Below are positions 37,839 through 50,378 of a stretch of 55,668 bases of DNA, one piece after another (position 1 is the stretch's first letter; every line of letters starts with the position of its first letter). The position numbers and the translations under genes are program-made. Source of the stretch: Elsinoe ampelina (taxonomy: Eukaryota); assembly GCA_010093995.1 (NCBI GenBank), contig ML992503.1, positions 62,001 through 117,668 on the forward strand, given 5' to 3'. Under the pieces are notes generated by a model. It had not been told where the DNA came from and did not search any database. It was given only the letters and a program-made list of their open reading frames with translations.

Positions 37839-38999
37839 TCACTTCTTGCTGAAAAGTGCTCGATGACTATGCGCAACTAGACTCCGCTCCCCTGTCGCAT
37901 CTCCGACACCAGTCCAATAGAAAACACCACCTAGACCTTGGGCTTTGACATACTCGCACTTGATGACTACAGTCTCCGGAACATCATAGGAGACGAAGCC
38001 GCCCTCCTGACCTGTGCAGTATGCTGCCACCCTGTCACGTTGCACCTGCTCCTTCATATCGGGCAATGGCAGATCCCGATACAAAACTGTGCCATCGCCA
38101 CCACCAGAGGCCTTACTAGGCTTGCCCGGACTGTCGACATCGGCAAACGATCGACCGTAAGCTGGTATACCCATAACGATTTTATTCGCCGGGATCCCCT
38201 GGGTGATGGCGAAAGAGATCGCAGTGTGAGCAGACCGCGCATCGTACGGGTTTTGCGGGGTCGTGCTTGAGTATAGCTGTGAGTGATACCCAGAAACGCC
38301 GGTCCAAGGCCCGACGAAGTCGTAGCACATGAGGTTGAGATTGTCCAGGACGGACCCTACGCGAGCCAACGGGACGTTTCGTAAGCACCATTCGCCAGCT
38401 GGTAAGGCGGCACTGAGCTTGTAGCGAGGTACAGGGAGGGAATTGCGGAGAGCCTGGACGAGAGCCAAAAAGTCCCTGCCTTGCTCGAGACTACTGGGAT
38501 GCTCCCAGTCGAGGTCGATTCCGTCGAATCCGTATTGGTCGACCCAAGATCTACACGAAGTTGCAAATTGTTCTCTTCCAGTCGAAGTAGAGGCGAGAGC
38601 TGGAAAGTGAGCGCTGCCACTTCCTCCTCCGACGCTGAGCATCAATTGGAGGCGCTCGTGAGTTGTCGCCTTGGCCAGCCGGAGGGCGCTCAGGCATCCC
38701 TTCGTTCCATCTACGGAAATGTCGAGGTCGGCCTTCTTATCAAGGTGCTGTTCAAGCGTCAGGTCTGTGTTGAACGAGGATGAGCCAAGGTCAGACCGTC
38801 AAGGTGCCATCCTCGTTTAAGCTGTCACCTGTTAGTGACATGCTACTCGTCCATTGCGATTCCCGTACCGCACGAATGCATATTAGATACGATTCAAGAG
38901 GTCGAGCCTCATAGAGCTAGGAGTCTCCCCCTTGTAGACCCGCCAGCTGGGATAGTATGCGCCGTGCACATACGACGAGATATCATCGGAGACATCCAT
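37839..38999 (-). pseudogene. Cytoplasmic GH18 chitinase (class V-like) with a premature stop at codon 39
   Basis: ATG 38999 reads MDVSDDISSYVHGAYYPSWRVY...LNRI*YAFVR with TAA at 38883-38885. Two introns follow, then LSVGGG, catalytic DGIDLDWEHP, NLMCYDF, YGRSF, GGVFYW. A sequencing error cannot be excluded. Confidence 0.75.
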
Positions 39000-39552
39000 G
39001 TTCACACCCTCGTTTCCAAGGATGAACACCGGGGGTTAAGGACGCATGCCTGTAGTAGACTGCCGACGATTGGTCTTTCCGTCAGGTTGAGACAATCTGT
39101 TGACTTGTGGATAAGTGTTCAGTAGTTCACCCTTGGGATGAACTGAATCAGGGTCTTTCTTGGTACTCATGCTTGTACCGAGGTTGACACAATCGCCACT
39201 CCACGTGCTCGATGCGATTTCGGGGATACTGTACCCATGGGACCGATGGTATAGGCAGCGTTGCATCCGCTCGACCCGCAAAACGTTCCATAGAACAACA
39301 GGGACGATCGCTAAACGCCATCTTTCCAGGAAGTGAGACATCTACCGGACCATGTTCTAGGCGGCAGGAGACCTTCATCAGATAATCTCTGGTCCTTACG
39401 ACACAGCATGGACGGATTGCCGTCCTCGTCCCGGCCATCCCCTGCCCAGACTATCTTGGTATCGTCCACAGTGGCGATCATGGTATCTCTTATGAGTACA
39501 GGGCATCGGCGCGAGATGGCGCTCGGTAGTCATTTTGAGATTGCTGGAAGTC

Positions 39553-40826
39553 ATGTACACCCGATCTGTGATATTGCCTCTTGCTGCCATTTGCGTTGTC
39601 ATTGTTGATAGTAGGTACACGTACAACGAGGAGAGGCCAGAAGCTGACCTAGCTCAGAAGCTCTTGCATCAAATTGCAATTGTGGTTTTAGCATCAACCG
39701 CAGAGACGGGACCTCGTCGCCGGCCTATTTTTCACAAGTCCTCGAGACCGACTTCCTTCATCTCAGAAGTTTCTCGACGGCGCCTGACTGGGACAAAAAG
39801 CATGGCAACAAAGACTGGACTGTGCAAGTCTTCAACAAGACTTCCTCCCAAACTCGCGGTCCATACGGCAAGGCAGCCACTCTCCAAAACACAATCAAGA
39901 ACCCTATCGATGAGCTCGACACCTGGTCCGGAGATGGGATTCGTGGTCGGGATCCAGGACTCCAACTCGTCACATCGCCCCTTTCAGACTCACTGCCTGC
40001 TCCCGATGGAGGCCCTCCCATGATCAAGTCCGGCGAGATTGCCACCGTCCGCTCCGATATCCTCTATGGCAGCTTTCGAGCGGGGCTCAAAATGACTGGT
40101 GTGAACGGCACATGTGGCGCCTTCTTCTGGTATCGCAACGACAGCGCCGAGATCGACATTGAGTCGCTATCCCGCCAACTCCAAGTGGACAGCAAGAACA
40201 AGACAGTCGCCGGCCTGACCAACATCGTTATACAATCTCCTCAATCAGTCGCGCAGGGCTTCGACGCGGCCGGTACTCCAGGGTACCAAGTCGCCGCCCT
40301 ACTATTCGACCCGACAGAGGGCTACCATGAGTACCGCTTCGACTGGCTCCCTGGCTCCGTAGCATTCTACGCCGACGGCCAGCATCTCGGCACCCTCACC
40401 TCCTCAGTGCCTAGTGATCCCGGCAAGATCCTACTCAGCCACTGGAGCAACGGCGGGGCAGGCTGGTCCGGAGGCCCACCTCCCGAACCTGCAGTCATGA
40501 CTGTTAGCTACGTCAAAGCGTACTTCAACTCTAGCGACGCAGCCACGAACCAGAAGACGGATGAAAGGTGTGCTGCTGCTAAGACAGATGTCTGTACTGT
40601 CCCAGAGTGGTCCGGGTCCATCGATCCCACACAGACGGATAGTCAGAGTTTGTCCTCGGATAGTCCGTTTTTGACGAACCCGAATCAGACGCCAGGGTCG
40701 TTACAGACTGGGTCTGCGAGTGGGTCTTACGTCAGTGCCGCAGAAAGGGTGGCGATGGCTGGGAGGTCTGTGAGCTTGCTGCTTCTGGGCTTTCTGCTTT
40801 CAGCTGTTCAGGGATGGTTCTGGTAA
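39553..40826 (+). CDS. GH16 glycoside hydrolase/transglycosylase, probably GPI-anchored
   Basis: Signal peptide, intron 39611-39657, then CNCG..LETDF, YGSFRA, catalytic EIDIE, YHEYRFDW, HWSNG. Ser/Thr linker and hydrophobic C-terminal tail. Confidence 0.9.
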
Positions 40827-41167
40827 TTTGGGAATCAAGGGAAGTCCGTGGTTAGGTTTACATAGTGATATACCGATCTTTATGTATCTTCGAGGAACGA
40901 TCAATCTTGTAGAGTAGGATGATGTGAAGATGGGCAGATCTCATGGAGGGGTGTGTACGAAGCATCCGTCGACTCTTTGCATCACTTTGAAGAGTGCCTT
41001 TCAGTGCATGTGCCGGATAACCTTGAATGCTTCCAGTAATCACCTCAACTCATAAATCCCACTTCCATCGAGGTTGCACGTGTAGCACTGAAGAATCGAG
41101 TAAATTACTTTTTTGAAGACTCCTGAAATGCGCCGCCTATTCTTAGCCTGCTCACACCGATGCCTCG

Positions 41168-42879
41168 TCACAAACCGACCTTGGCCTCCTCATCTAACGA
41201 ATTCGATCTCCTTGCAATGAGCACAGCATCGTACTTTTCGTCCTCAATAGCATCAGCATCATGCGACACCACCTTTCTCGTCTTCCCCCACCCAAACGAA
41301 TCCATGTAGAAAACAGCATAGACCAGCACCGAAATATTGATGAAAGGTCCAACAAAGACATACGTTGCACATCCAACCCAGAACAGTACCCTCTCTTTCC
41401 AACGAGTGTGAAGCCATGCAGGAATGCAGAGGTAGTAGACAATCGGAATCGCCATGACGCTGACGAAGCAAGCGATGATCCACCCAGGCACCCGTGTGGC
41501 CGCGTAGATGAATGTCGCTATACTGGCCCAGATAAATGGGTTGAGGAACCATGTCATGACGTTGACGCCCGCGAGGATCCGTTCAAACCATTGCACTCCT
41601 GGAGCAGTGACGAGGTAGAGATCATTGGACGTGGCGCCAAGGGTCCAGCGGCGTCGTTGCGAGAGGAACACGGCTGTGTTGCCCGGAACGTCGGTGAAGG
41701 CCTTCGCTCGCAGGGCTTGACGAGTGCGAGCATTGGGCCTGGCGGAGAGCATGAGGCAGACGTGGTTGCGGTCTTCAGAAGCTGTGGCCCGGATCTGCTT
41801 CAAGAGACTATCGGTAGCATTGGGGCAGTAGCCGAACCGGTCTATCAGCACGTCGTCGCCGCAGGTCTCTTCGCAAATCTTCAGTAGCTGACAGCATCCT
41901 GGGAGACAAGATACTTTGTTGGTGACCATAGATTGATGGAGTCGTCGAAGAGCTTGGGCGATCGTGTACTCGGCGGATTGATAAAGACGCCACAGATTCC
42001 ACGGGTTGCCTTTGCCGTCGACGGCGACATAACCACACACGCCCACGGTATCTTTGTAGCTATGTCATGTTAGCCGAGTTGCGTGATCGTGGGCAGAAAA
42101 CTCACTGGTATTCTTTCAGGAGCTCCGCTACGCAGTCCTTGTCGAACAGGGTATCGGCGTCCATACCCACCAAACCATCAACCTTGTCAATGCCGGCTTC
42201 GGAGAGGTACTCTGCCATATGGTCGAAGAAAGTTGGTGTGAAGATGGTCGTAGGCTTCTCATGGCGCCTGCTGTAATTGTAGCAGAATGATCTGGCGACA
42301 ATTAGACTGTCTCGCTTGCCTTGATTCTGTTCCTTGATGACACAGAAATAGGGAAGACCTTTGTAGTCGCCTTTCTGTACCACCACGTCCATCATTTGCT
42401 GATCCCAAGCACGGTAAGCCCGTCTGATCTTCTTCCTGTAGTCTTTGTGGACTAAGATATCTTCGAGAAGATAGTCCGCAGATGTTTTGGACATACCCGG
42501 TCCTCGCACTTTACCATCGCAGAGGACCATGATCGTCTGCTTGTGATGACCGATGCCTTGCTGCGCAACAAGCGAGTCCAGAGATTTGGTCATTTCATCC
42601 AGCGTCTCATTGTAACACGGCATCAGCAGGACAAGCGTCTCTGGCTCTTGCGGGAGATACTTCTTCTCGGGTCGAATGGTGAAACGAGTCTTGTTGAATA
42701 TGAGCGAGACGACCATGGCACAATTGAGTGCGACTGTGACGGTGATGAAGGGCAGGAAAACGTAGTAGTATCGGGACCACCACCACGTACCAAAGATCAT
42801 AAACACGCTGGGTCTGTTAGCTAATTCACCTTTGAGTGGAATTCTGTACTTGCTTGATTCCGAGTTGAGCCACCTGCAT
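41168..42879 (-). CDS. Compact GT2 chitin synthase (Chitin_synth_2-type); 5' end uncertain
   Basis: PCYNE, LCDG, GKRDS, GMDADT, CLPGC, SEDR and QRRRW motifs, with C-terminal TM helices and FGWGKTR. Introns 42808-42853 (GC-AG) and 42060-42105. Confidence 0.88.
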
Positions 42880-43041
42880 TACATACTTCTGTATCGCATG
42901 TTTCCGCCGACCACGAGCTTGTAAGTGGCCGTCTGTATCAATGAGGGTTGGCTTCGCAGGCTTGAGAATGACCGAATCGCTGCTTCCGGATACAGTACAT
43001 CCGGCGTGACAAGACGATGCGACTGAAGCGAGCCACCAAGA

Positions 43042-43049
43042 TATAAATA
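43042..43049 (+). promoter_or_regulatory. TATA box of the small Cys-rich gene
   Basis: TATAAATA ~115 bp upstream of ATG 43159. Confidence 0.55.
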
Positions 43050-43158
43050 CTAGGTCGACGACGTTGAACGGTCTCCTTCTTCCTCCATCAGTACATCTTT
43101 CCTCGATTTACTACAAACCCGAACAATCCTAGCAATCAATACCAGCCTTTCAACCAAT

Positions 43159-43470
43159 ATGAAGCCAACCACTCTCTTCATTGCCGCCCTCGGCCTCTTC
43201 TCCACCTCCGCCACGGCTCAAGTCTGCGCCAAGCCAGGAAAGTCCTGCGTCGGACAGGTCCTTGGTCATCAAGAATGCCAGTGCAATGCCGGTATTGTGG
43301 TCAGTACACTCCTTCCATAGGTGCTATAGAGAGCCACCTCATGCTGATGGAATTTGCAGCTTGAATGTGTCAAGATCGGCAACGGACCGAGGACTTATCA
43401 AATGCTCAAGAATTGCCCAAAGCCAAAGAATGGAGGCATCAGGTGTATCGACGGGAGGTGCGTGGGTTAG
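43159..43470 (+). CDS. Small secreted cysteine-rich protein (83 aa, 8 Cys), effector/antimicrobial candidate
   Basis: MKPTTLFIAALGLFSTSATA-QVCAKPGKSCVGQVLGHQECQCNAGIV|LECVKIGNGPRTYQMLKNCPKPKNGGIRCIDGRCVG*. Intron 43300-43359 (GTCAGT..GCTGAT..CAG) is phase 0, and there is an upstream TATA. Confidence 0.88.
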
Positions 43471-43703
43471 TCGAGTGATGGGAGTGGAGATGCCACCGAT
43501 TGATCTGGCAGAGGGATTGTATGTTCAATTCGTGGGGTTTCCAATACCAGCGGGGGGTTGATGTATTCACAATAGACGTGCCAAAAACCAAGATCCTTGT
43601 GTGACCGAGTGGAGCCTTGTATCATGTTGTTCAGCTTTGACAAACCACTGTGACTCATGAACTTCGCAGACTCGAACCTCATGCGAATATGAGCGGTCGC
43701 TCC

Positions 43704-44430
43704 TCACGGTCTTCTCTTCTGCAGCGCCGCTGCGAACCCAGTTGGCAATTGTATGGTACGCAGGGTCTCCAAAGTCCCCGCCGTTTCCAGAATCCTCTCG
43801 AGCAGAGTTGATCGCATCCCATCCGAGACCACTAGCAGCCATGGCTGTCAGACTCGCTTGGTTCTCGCGGCCAGGTCTACCAGGCGCTGTCATGTTCTGT
43901 AGAAGGCGGAGTCAGTCATGATCCTTGATAGACTCATGGAGAATTGCTCACAGGCTTCATGTTGACATCGAACAATGCAAAGGGTGCTCCATGCTGATCT
44001 GATGTTCGTCGAACATCAATCGCTATGGGCGCCGTGACCCGTAAGAGCTTCACCACAAGCTCACATTCGTTTCACAGCCTGGCAAAGGCAGGGTCCTGAA
44101 CATACCCGGACTTCGGAACTACTCTTGAATTCGCTGTCACTGCGACTGTCCCATTGTATGGCGCTTTCTCATTGTCATGGTTGAAGCGAGTCACTATCGG
44201 CAGTGCCCAATACTCGTTCCTGCTCGGGGAAGGTGGCATGACCGTGACCGTCGCTTCGAGTCCTGCGAGGTACTCTTCGACGATGACCAGGGTCGATTCC
44301 TTCCATAAGTGCGAACAGTGGTCCGCGAGAGATGAAACAGTCCTACACAACTTGACCCCATGACATAAACGGCCACGGACAGGCTTTGCAATAACTGGGA
44401 GGGAGAGCCTGTAATCATTGAGCGACTGAG
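43704..44430 (-). pseudogene. ATP-grasp (D-Ala-D-Ala ligase-like) pseudogene, 5'-truncated
   Basis: PVIAKPVRG..HGVK, VEEYLAG.EATVTV, IDVRR, FDVNMKP|NMTAPGR. Stop at 44072-44074, frameshift near 43815, and the N-terminal half is absent. Confidence 0.8.
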
Positions 44431-44489
44431 ATATCTCAGCTCCAATATCAGAACTTGCAAGAAAGAACCTTAGTATGGTGAAGGATCCA

Positions 44490-44779
44490 TAATTTGCAAG
44501 TACACACAGTTCTTCTTCGGCTTTTTGATGGTAATCATGAGTTTCTGGGCGTGGTGGCGCATCCGTGAGACAAAGGTAAGATCGGAATCTTGCAATAGCA
44601 CCGTCGCACAATCACTGACGCTGCGACAGGGTCTTCCAATCAAAGAGATGGACAAGCTCTTTGGCGCCGAGTATTCGGAGAGCATCGACAGCGATAAGCT
44701 TGGAGACGAGCAATTTGATATCTCGGAGACTAAGGAGAAGAACGGTACGATGTTCACGTACGTCGAGCGTGTTCAGTAA
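44490..44779 (+). pseudogene. Orphan 3' fragment of an MFS sugar porter
   Basis: Last TM helix followed by RETK|GLPIKEMDKLFG (PETKG..EEMD.LF signature) across a 54-bp intron 44576-44629. No upstream exons. Confidence 0.7.
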
Positions 44780-45328
44780 GGCCGCGTACGAGTAACACCG
44801 AGGGAAAAAAGACGACACGACGAGGTGGATGTCAGGTGGTGCTCTACTACCGAAACATAATGACAGCTAGTTTGTGGATACTCGATTAATATCGGACTGC
44901 AAAGGAGTGATTGATGTAAAACAAAAAAACAATGATTCATGTACACTGCTTGGGTTCCTTCTGTGCAGCTCTGTGATCGTGGACAACTGGCCACATACCG
45001 ATCCTTTGGCAAAATCATCATGAGCACGTGCTTCAGACGACGGGGAACGAGTGGAAGCGAAGTAGTAGGAGCGAGAAGGCATGTAAAGCCGAACACTCGG
45101 ATGTTGTTACAAGGACCGAGGATACAATCTGCTCTCATTGGCTATCCCACATCAACCCCAGCAGTTCCAAGCCGCCAACCAACGGGCCGTCCTCTAGTCC
45201 TATAGTGCACGGACAAGATGAGCAACACTTCCATGGTTGAGATGATTAAGAAATGCGATTGAAAAGCCCCGATCTCTCAAATTCCAAGAGTGAAGGCCTT
45301 GAAAACCCTTCCCTCCCATGCTTTTGTC

Positions 45329-46460
45329 TCAGATCTCGCGTTGACGGACTGCGATCCTTGTGTCTAGGTACTCATCGCTTCCCTTCTCTGCGTCGACGAT
45401 GACCTCGACACCTCTCTTGATTTCGTTCAGAGGAAACGTGTCCCCGTTGCGATCGGTGTGGACCTGTCTCTGAGCGGTTCTGTTCCCCGTGTGCCTGCTG
45501 GGCTCGGTGGTTCCTTGGGTCGAGATGATCTTGAATCTGACCAAGAAGTCGTGCAGGAGCGGGCGAATCATGGCCAGGTTCGCTGCAAGAATACCAGCTG
45601 CGAGCTCTATAATGACCCAGCGTGCAAGATCGAAAAGTTGTTGAGTATAGCGGAGCGGGTCGGTAGGCTGAAGCACGTATGCTAGGCGGATGATACTCGC
45701 GACACCACCTACGCAGCCGATCAGAACCAGTGCGCAAGCAGAGATCTTGGTTGGCACAGGCAACTTCGCTTTCCAAAGAGCCGTGACGGCCATTGTGGTG
45801 AAGATGAAATCGCTCAGGATATTCATCAACGAGAAGATGGTAAAGATGGCGGTCGAAGTGGACTGCAAAGCGCAAGAGTCGGTCAGACCCTGAAGTGCCT
45901 TGAGCTGGACACAGGTGAAGACTGGGAAGGCAAAGTACGTCAGACCGGAGAGAGTATGGAGACCAAGCGTCACGTAAATGATGGTACGCTGAATCTTCTT
46001 GTGACTAAAGATCCTGAGGAAGAAGAAACCCAGAGAGAATTTGAGAGCGATCAATGTGAGGGCGTAGAAGCCGTATGAGACGCGCGACATGTGATCGTTG
46101 AGTTTTGCGACTCCAGCATTACCACTCCAGAGTTGTTTACCCGTCTCCGAGATGACTGCTGAGAGGATGCTCTGTGTCATTGAGAAGAGCTGAAAATGTC
46201 AGAACCATGCAGCAATGATAAGTGCGGATGCGCACATATGTGACCACCATAGCCCAGTCTTCGCGACCCCAGATTCTGGTCATTGCAAGCCGGACGTACA
46301 CTCTGATCAACATGGAGAGAGTGATGAGAACCGCGAAAACGATGACGAGAGTCTCAATCTTGTTGAGTTCGTGGATGATCATCTTGGCCGTGATACTCGC
46401 GGTGTAGCCATCGACGGATCCGTCGCCATCTTGACGTTTGATCATGGCGTCGACGCTCAT
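45329..46460 (-). CDS. Pth11-like integral membrane protein (fungal rhodopsin-like GPCR family, no CFEM)
   Basis: LIRVYVR..IWGREDW, LKFSLGFFFLRIF, NILSDF, ASIIRL, W.IIE..AGILAANL..IRPL. Intron 46190-46235. Confidence 0.88.
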
Positions 46461-48436
46461 GATGGTCTCAAATGGGAGTGATGCTGTGGTATGCAAGGTA
46501 CGAGAACTATAACCTTGGTTACCAGGAGACCAAACCCTATATACCTGGTCCCTGCTGGCCAGTGTTTCGGATGTAACAACCGACGATTGGTCCCGAACCA
46601 CATGGCGTTCCATAGCGTTGTTCGCTTACCAGAAGTGGAGGGGCGCCGAAGATTGCCAATGGTTGGAGTACCAGCGTAGACGATCCAGAACGCATTATTT
46701 GTCTCTGAAATGATCGGAACATGCCATGTATGAAGTGGTGATAATCTGAAGAATGGTTGCTGCAGCCGTAGACGATTCAATTGGCAAGTCGTTGCACTGA
46801 TGTTGCATGATCCGGCAGATTCACAACTGTACAGATCCTATTGCATCTGTTGCCGAGCACTGCCTGATTGATCACATGTAAATTAGCTGAGCGGCCACTA
46901 TACTCACGCTGCGGGTAATCATTGGCAGCAGACATCTTGGGGGTTGGCTTCCAGGTGCCCCGTATCATGTCATTTGATGTCTTTCTCGAGTGTCTCCTAT
47001 CCTAGAGACCTCTCCTCTGGCGGCGATGTGCGAAAAGGATGTGCGTCCGCCCAAAGCTGCGACTACACCTCATGGTATATAATCAAGATATATTCGGCGC
47101 GCGTCATGTCAGGCCGAACTTCTTTGTATGTACCCGTTCGAAGTGGCTTTGTGCCTACCAACCAGCGGCTTGATTGCGAGATACTCAATCAAGATGCTTG
47201 TGCGCGATTAGAGCAGCGACAATGGTAATCATCGATTCTGCGTGATATCAATACTGTGTCTGATTGCGGCTCAGCTAAATACTTCCACTGACGATCACAA
47301 GAATCATCTGTGTTTCGCGGACGAGAAGTCGCATTTGTATGCACAAGGTCCCGGGGTTGCCAATGTGGGTGACGGCCCACCACATAGAAAAGATCAGTAC
47401 AGGGATGACCAAGGGGAGCCTGGTATGCATGCCACCCCGGATCTACAGCGCCGGCGAACGTGCCATGTTTCGGGGCCTTGGAAGATCGTTCTCAAGAGCG
47501 TGGGATGTGTGGGACCAGTTCTATCGATAGCCAAGGCGTGCATCGATCTGGTATCGCTGATCAGGGACCCCAGCAGTAAGTCGTCGTCGTTGATGCTGTC
47601 AGCGACAGAAGATCGGATGTGGTCCATGATTCCAAAATTGGCGTCATTGCAGGCGTATGTGTTGCCCCAAATAGCCTATGCAACATGTTTGCTCAGAAGG
47701 TACCAAAAATGGCTATAAGTCGGACGCAGGCATCGAAAAGTCAGCACAACATCGGCGCCAGCTAGATCTGTTCAGAGATGGATGCCGCCATGCCCCGCCT
47801 GACCGAGGTGCGAGGCAGTGGATGTCGAGAAGAAGAAGGGTTCTTTCAACGCGGAAAAACCAAAATGAACCAAGGAAAAAGACAAATCGCTGATCAGACT
47901 CGGTACAGCCGTCAAAGCTTCCGTGACCTCTTGGTTCAACCTCACTCCATCATTTCAATCCATCACTACTGTCCTTCTCATCGTCATGGCAGACTCTGCT
48001 GACAAGTCCCACCGTGGGATGCAAACTAGTGGTCCATGGCCTCTTCATTGCGGCACAGCTGCATGTGTCCTGCTCTAAAAAGAGGCTAAGAAGCCATCGT
48101 CTTCAGCTCCGATTGGATCTCTTTCAGCCTCCAGGTTTGCCTTGGTTTGCCTGATCGAATCACGTCCAACGCGCTACACTCTTCGGGCAGCTTATCGTCC
48201 ACGTTCCGGTGAGCCAGGCACTCTGCGCTGCATCTAGCGTCGGTGAGTAAGAGTCCAGGTGAGATGCATACCAAGCTACCCCTCTGGCCCTTCTGGCCTT
48301 GATCTGTTCTGTCCTTGTCACGCCTTGCACCTCTTTTCCTCCTTTGTCACACGAACACGGCTGATCTGTTTCTCTTCTTCCATCATGCCTGGCTGATCGA
48401 CTGCTGTTGATCAAGCCTGTTATCAACATTATTATT

Positions 48437-49591
48437 ATGCTGCGGACATTGCTAATAGCAGGCATCTCGCTTCCACTCATCGCGGCGCAGACGGTAGCTC
48501 CAAAGGTCTCGGACGACTGGCTCGCGCCGCTATGGCCCGACGAGACGACTTCTCTCACGGCTGGTGAACAATTCGAGATTCGCTGGACACCAAATATCAC
48601 ACGCTGGTTTCCAGGCTACGCTCCATCAGCGGACATTAACAATGTGACACTATGGATCACCGGTGCATTCCAAGCTCAATACGCCCACGTCGTCAGCCCC
48701 TACCTCAACCTCACCCGCCAACAGGGTACACGATGGACCGTCAACCTCCCCGACTCCGAACTCCAGGCCACCGACGTTTGGACCTTTCGCTTCCTCGCTG
48801 CCAATGAGACACGATTCTCCGGGCAGAACGGACAGCAAGTGTCCTCACCACAGCTTCGCATCCGCGCCAACTCCACCACCTCCCTCCCACCCGCTCGCAC
48901 CGGCCCGCCATCCTCAACATCCTCCACCGCCGTCCCCTCCCTTAGTCCCACCCCAATCCCTGCATCCTCCAGTGGTCTCTCCTCAGGCGCCACCGCCGGC
49001 ATAGCAGTCGGCACCGCCCTCCTTGCCCTCCTCCTCGCCGCCATCGCCTTCTTCCTCTTCCGCCGCCGCCGCCGCCAACGCAAACGCAAACGCAACGCCA
49101 CCCCGGCCCCCGCCCCCGAAATGTCCGCCTACCACGACAACGCAACCACCTACTCGCCGGGCCACGCACACAACCTCTCCGACGGCTCGTCGGGCTACTT
49201 CCCTGGTTTCGGCCCCAACTCCCACGCCCAACACAGCGGCACCTTCTCCGGCGCCAGCACCGTCTCCAGCTTCCCCGGCAGCCAAGGCCTCCCTGCCTAC
49301 GCCCAACACCCGCCCATGCCCATGACGCCGCAGAGCAACGTCTTCACGCCGGGGTCCGACGCGAGTGGACACCTGAGCCAAGGCGCAGCAGGGGGTCAGG
49401 GGTACTATGCGCCTACGCCGGAGAAAGGACCGGGAGAGGTGCCTGCTACGCCGGTGGTGGGGAACGAGTCGGAGGTGAGTGGGGAGCGGGAAGTGGGGGA
49501 GTTGACGGGGACGGAGGTGGAGAGGAGTGAGCTTGAGGCGCCCAAGGGGGGACTGTGGAGGGATGAGGGGGCGGGGGCGAGGAGGGATTAG
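48437..49591 (+). CDS. Single-pass type I membrane protein (Mid2/Wsc-like architecture)
   Basis: Signal peptide, beta-rich ectodomain, Ser/Thr stalk, GLSSGATAGIAVG TM helix, poly-Arg stop-transfer, and a disordered tail with ELxG/ELEA motifs. Confidence 0.85.
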   Translation: MLRTLLIAGISLPLIAAQTVAPKVSDDWLAPLWPDETTSLTAGEQFEIRWTPNITRWFPGYAPSADINNVTLWITGAFQAQYAHVVSPYLNLTRQQGTRWTVNLPDSELQATDVWTFRFLAANETRFSGQNGQQVSSPQLRIRANSTTSLPPARTGPPSSTSSTAVPSLSPTPIPASSSGLSSGATAGIAVGTALLALLLAAIAFFLFRRRRRQRKRKRNATPAPAPEMSAYHDNATTYSPGHAHNLSDGSSGYFPGFGPNSHAQHSGTFSGASTVSSFPGSQGLPAYAQHPPMPMTPQSNVFTPGSDASGHLSQGAAGGQGYYAPTPEKGPGEVPATPVVGNESEVSGEREVGELTGTEVERSELEAPKGGLWRDEGAGARRD

Positions 49592-50378
49592 GATACCGTG
49601 GGAGACGAAGTATGTTGGAGGGAGGGGAAAGGGATGTGATGATGTGAGTTACGCTCTTTATGACGGGATGAGATGTAGATGTGGGTCGTGTGCATAGCTT
49701 TTGGAAATACCATTGATTTGACCTCCCAGTTTGTCCTGCTGTTCGTCAGAAGTCACTTTCATCGTCTCGTTCGTGGCATCAAAGCCGTGCATTCATTGTC
49801 GAGCTGAAGACACCTGCCATCACAAGGAACCAATCGAACTCATGCTTGGTTCACTATAAGTATAAAGTACCGAGCAGTCGACGCGGGTGATGTTGACCGC
49901 AAACTTTCAGTACAGGCTTGCGGCATAATCACAGAAACGACATAGGTCTGACGGAGACCGGCCATCAACCGCCTAGTACACCAGCTGTCCCAACAAGTAG
50001 CCATAGGCGAGGCCGAAGACGTAGCCCAACACCTCCATGGTCTTGGACCTGCTCATACGAGGATCCAACATGGTGCAGCCGTCACTTCCTGTCGGCATCC
50101 GCATACTCTGTCGTTCTGGCTTGGTTTAGTTAACAGGTCAATAGACGTGGGCAAATGGTCAACGAATAGTATTACAGAAGGTCATATCCCTATGCCATGC
50201 TTTTCTCTCCACCCCTATATCGTATCATTCATTCGTGAAATTTCTCGGGTCGTAAGAAGCCCTTCGCCAACGCAATTTATCCTTGTATCCATGCAGTCTA
50301 TCGCAAATTCCATGTCTGACGTCGTTTGACGTGGTCCAATCGACCAATCAAGCATTCTTCCCCTTGCTCAATCACCGC

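Noticed and set aside
46700..48400. Several 60-158 aa ORFs
   Set aside because: No motif or coherent gene structure could be built.
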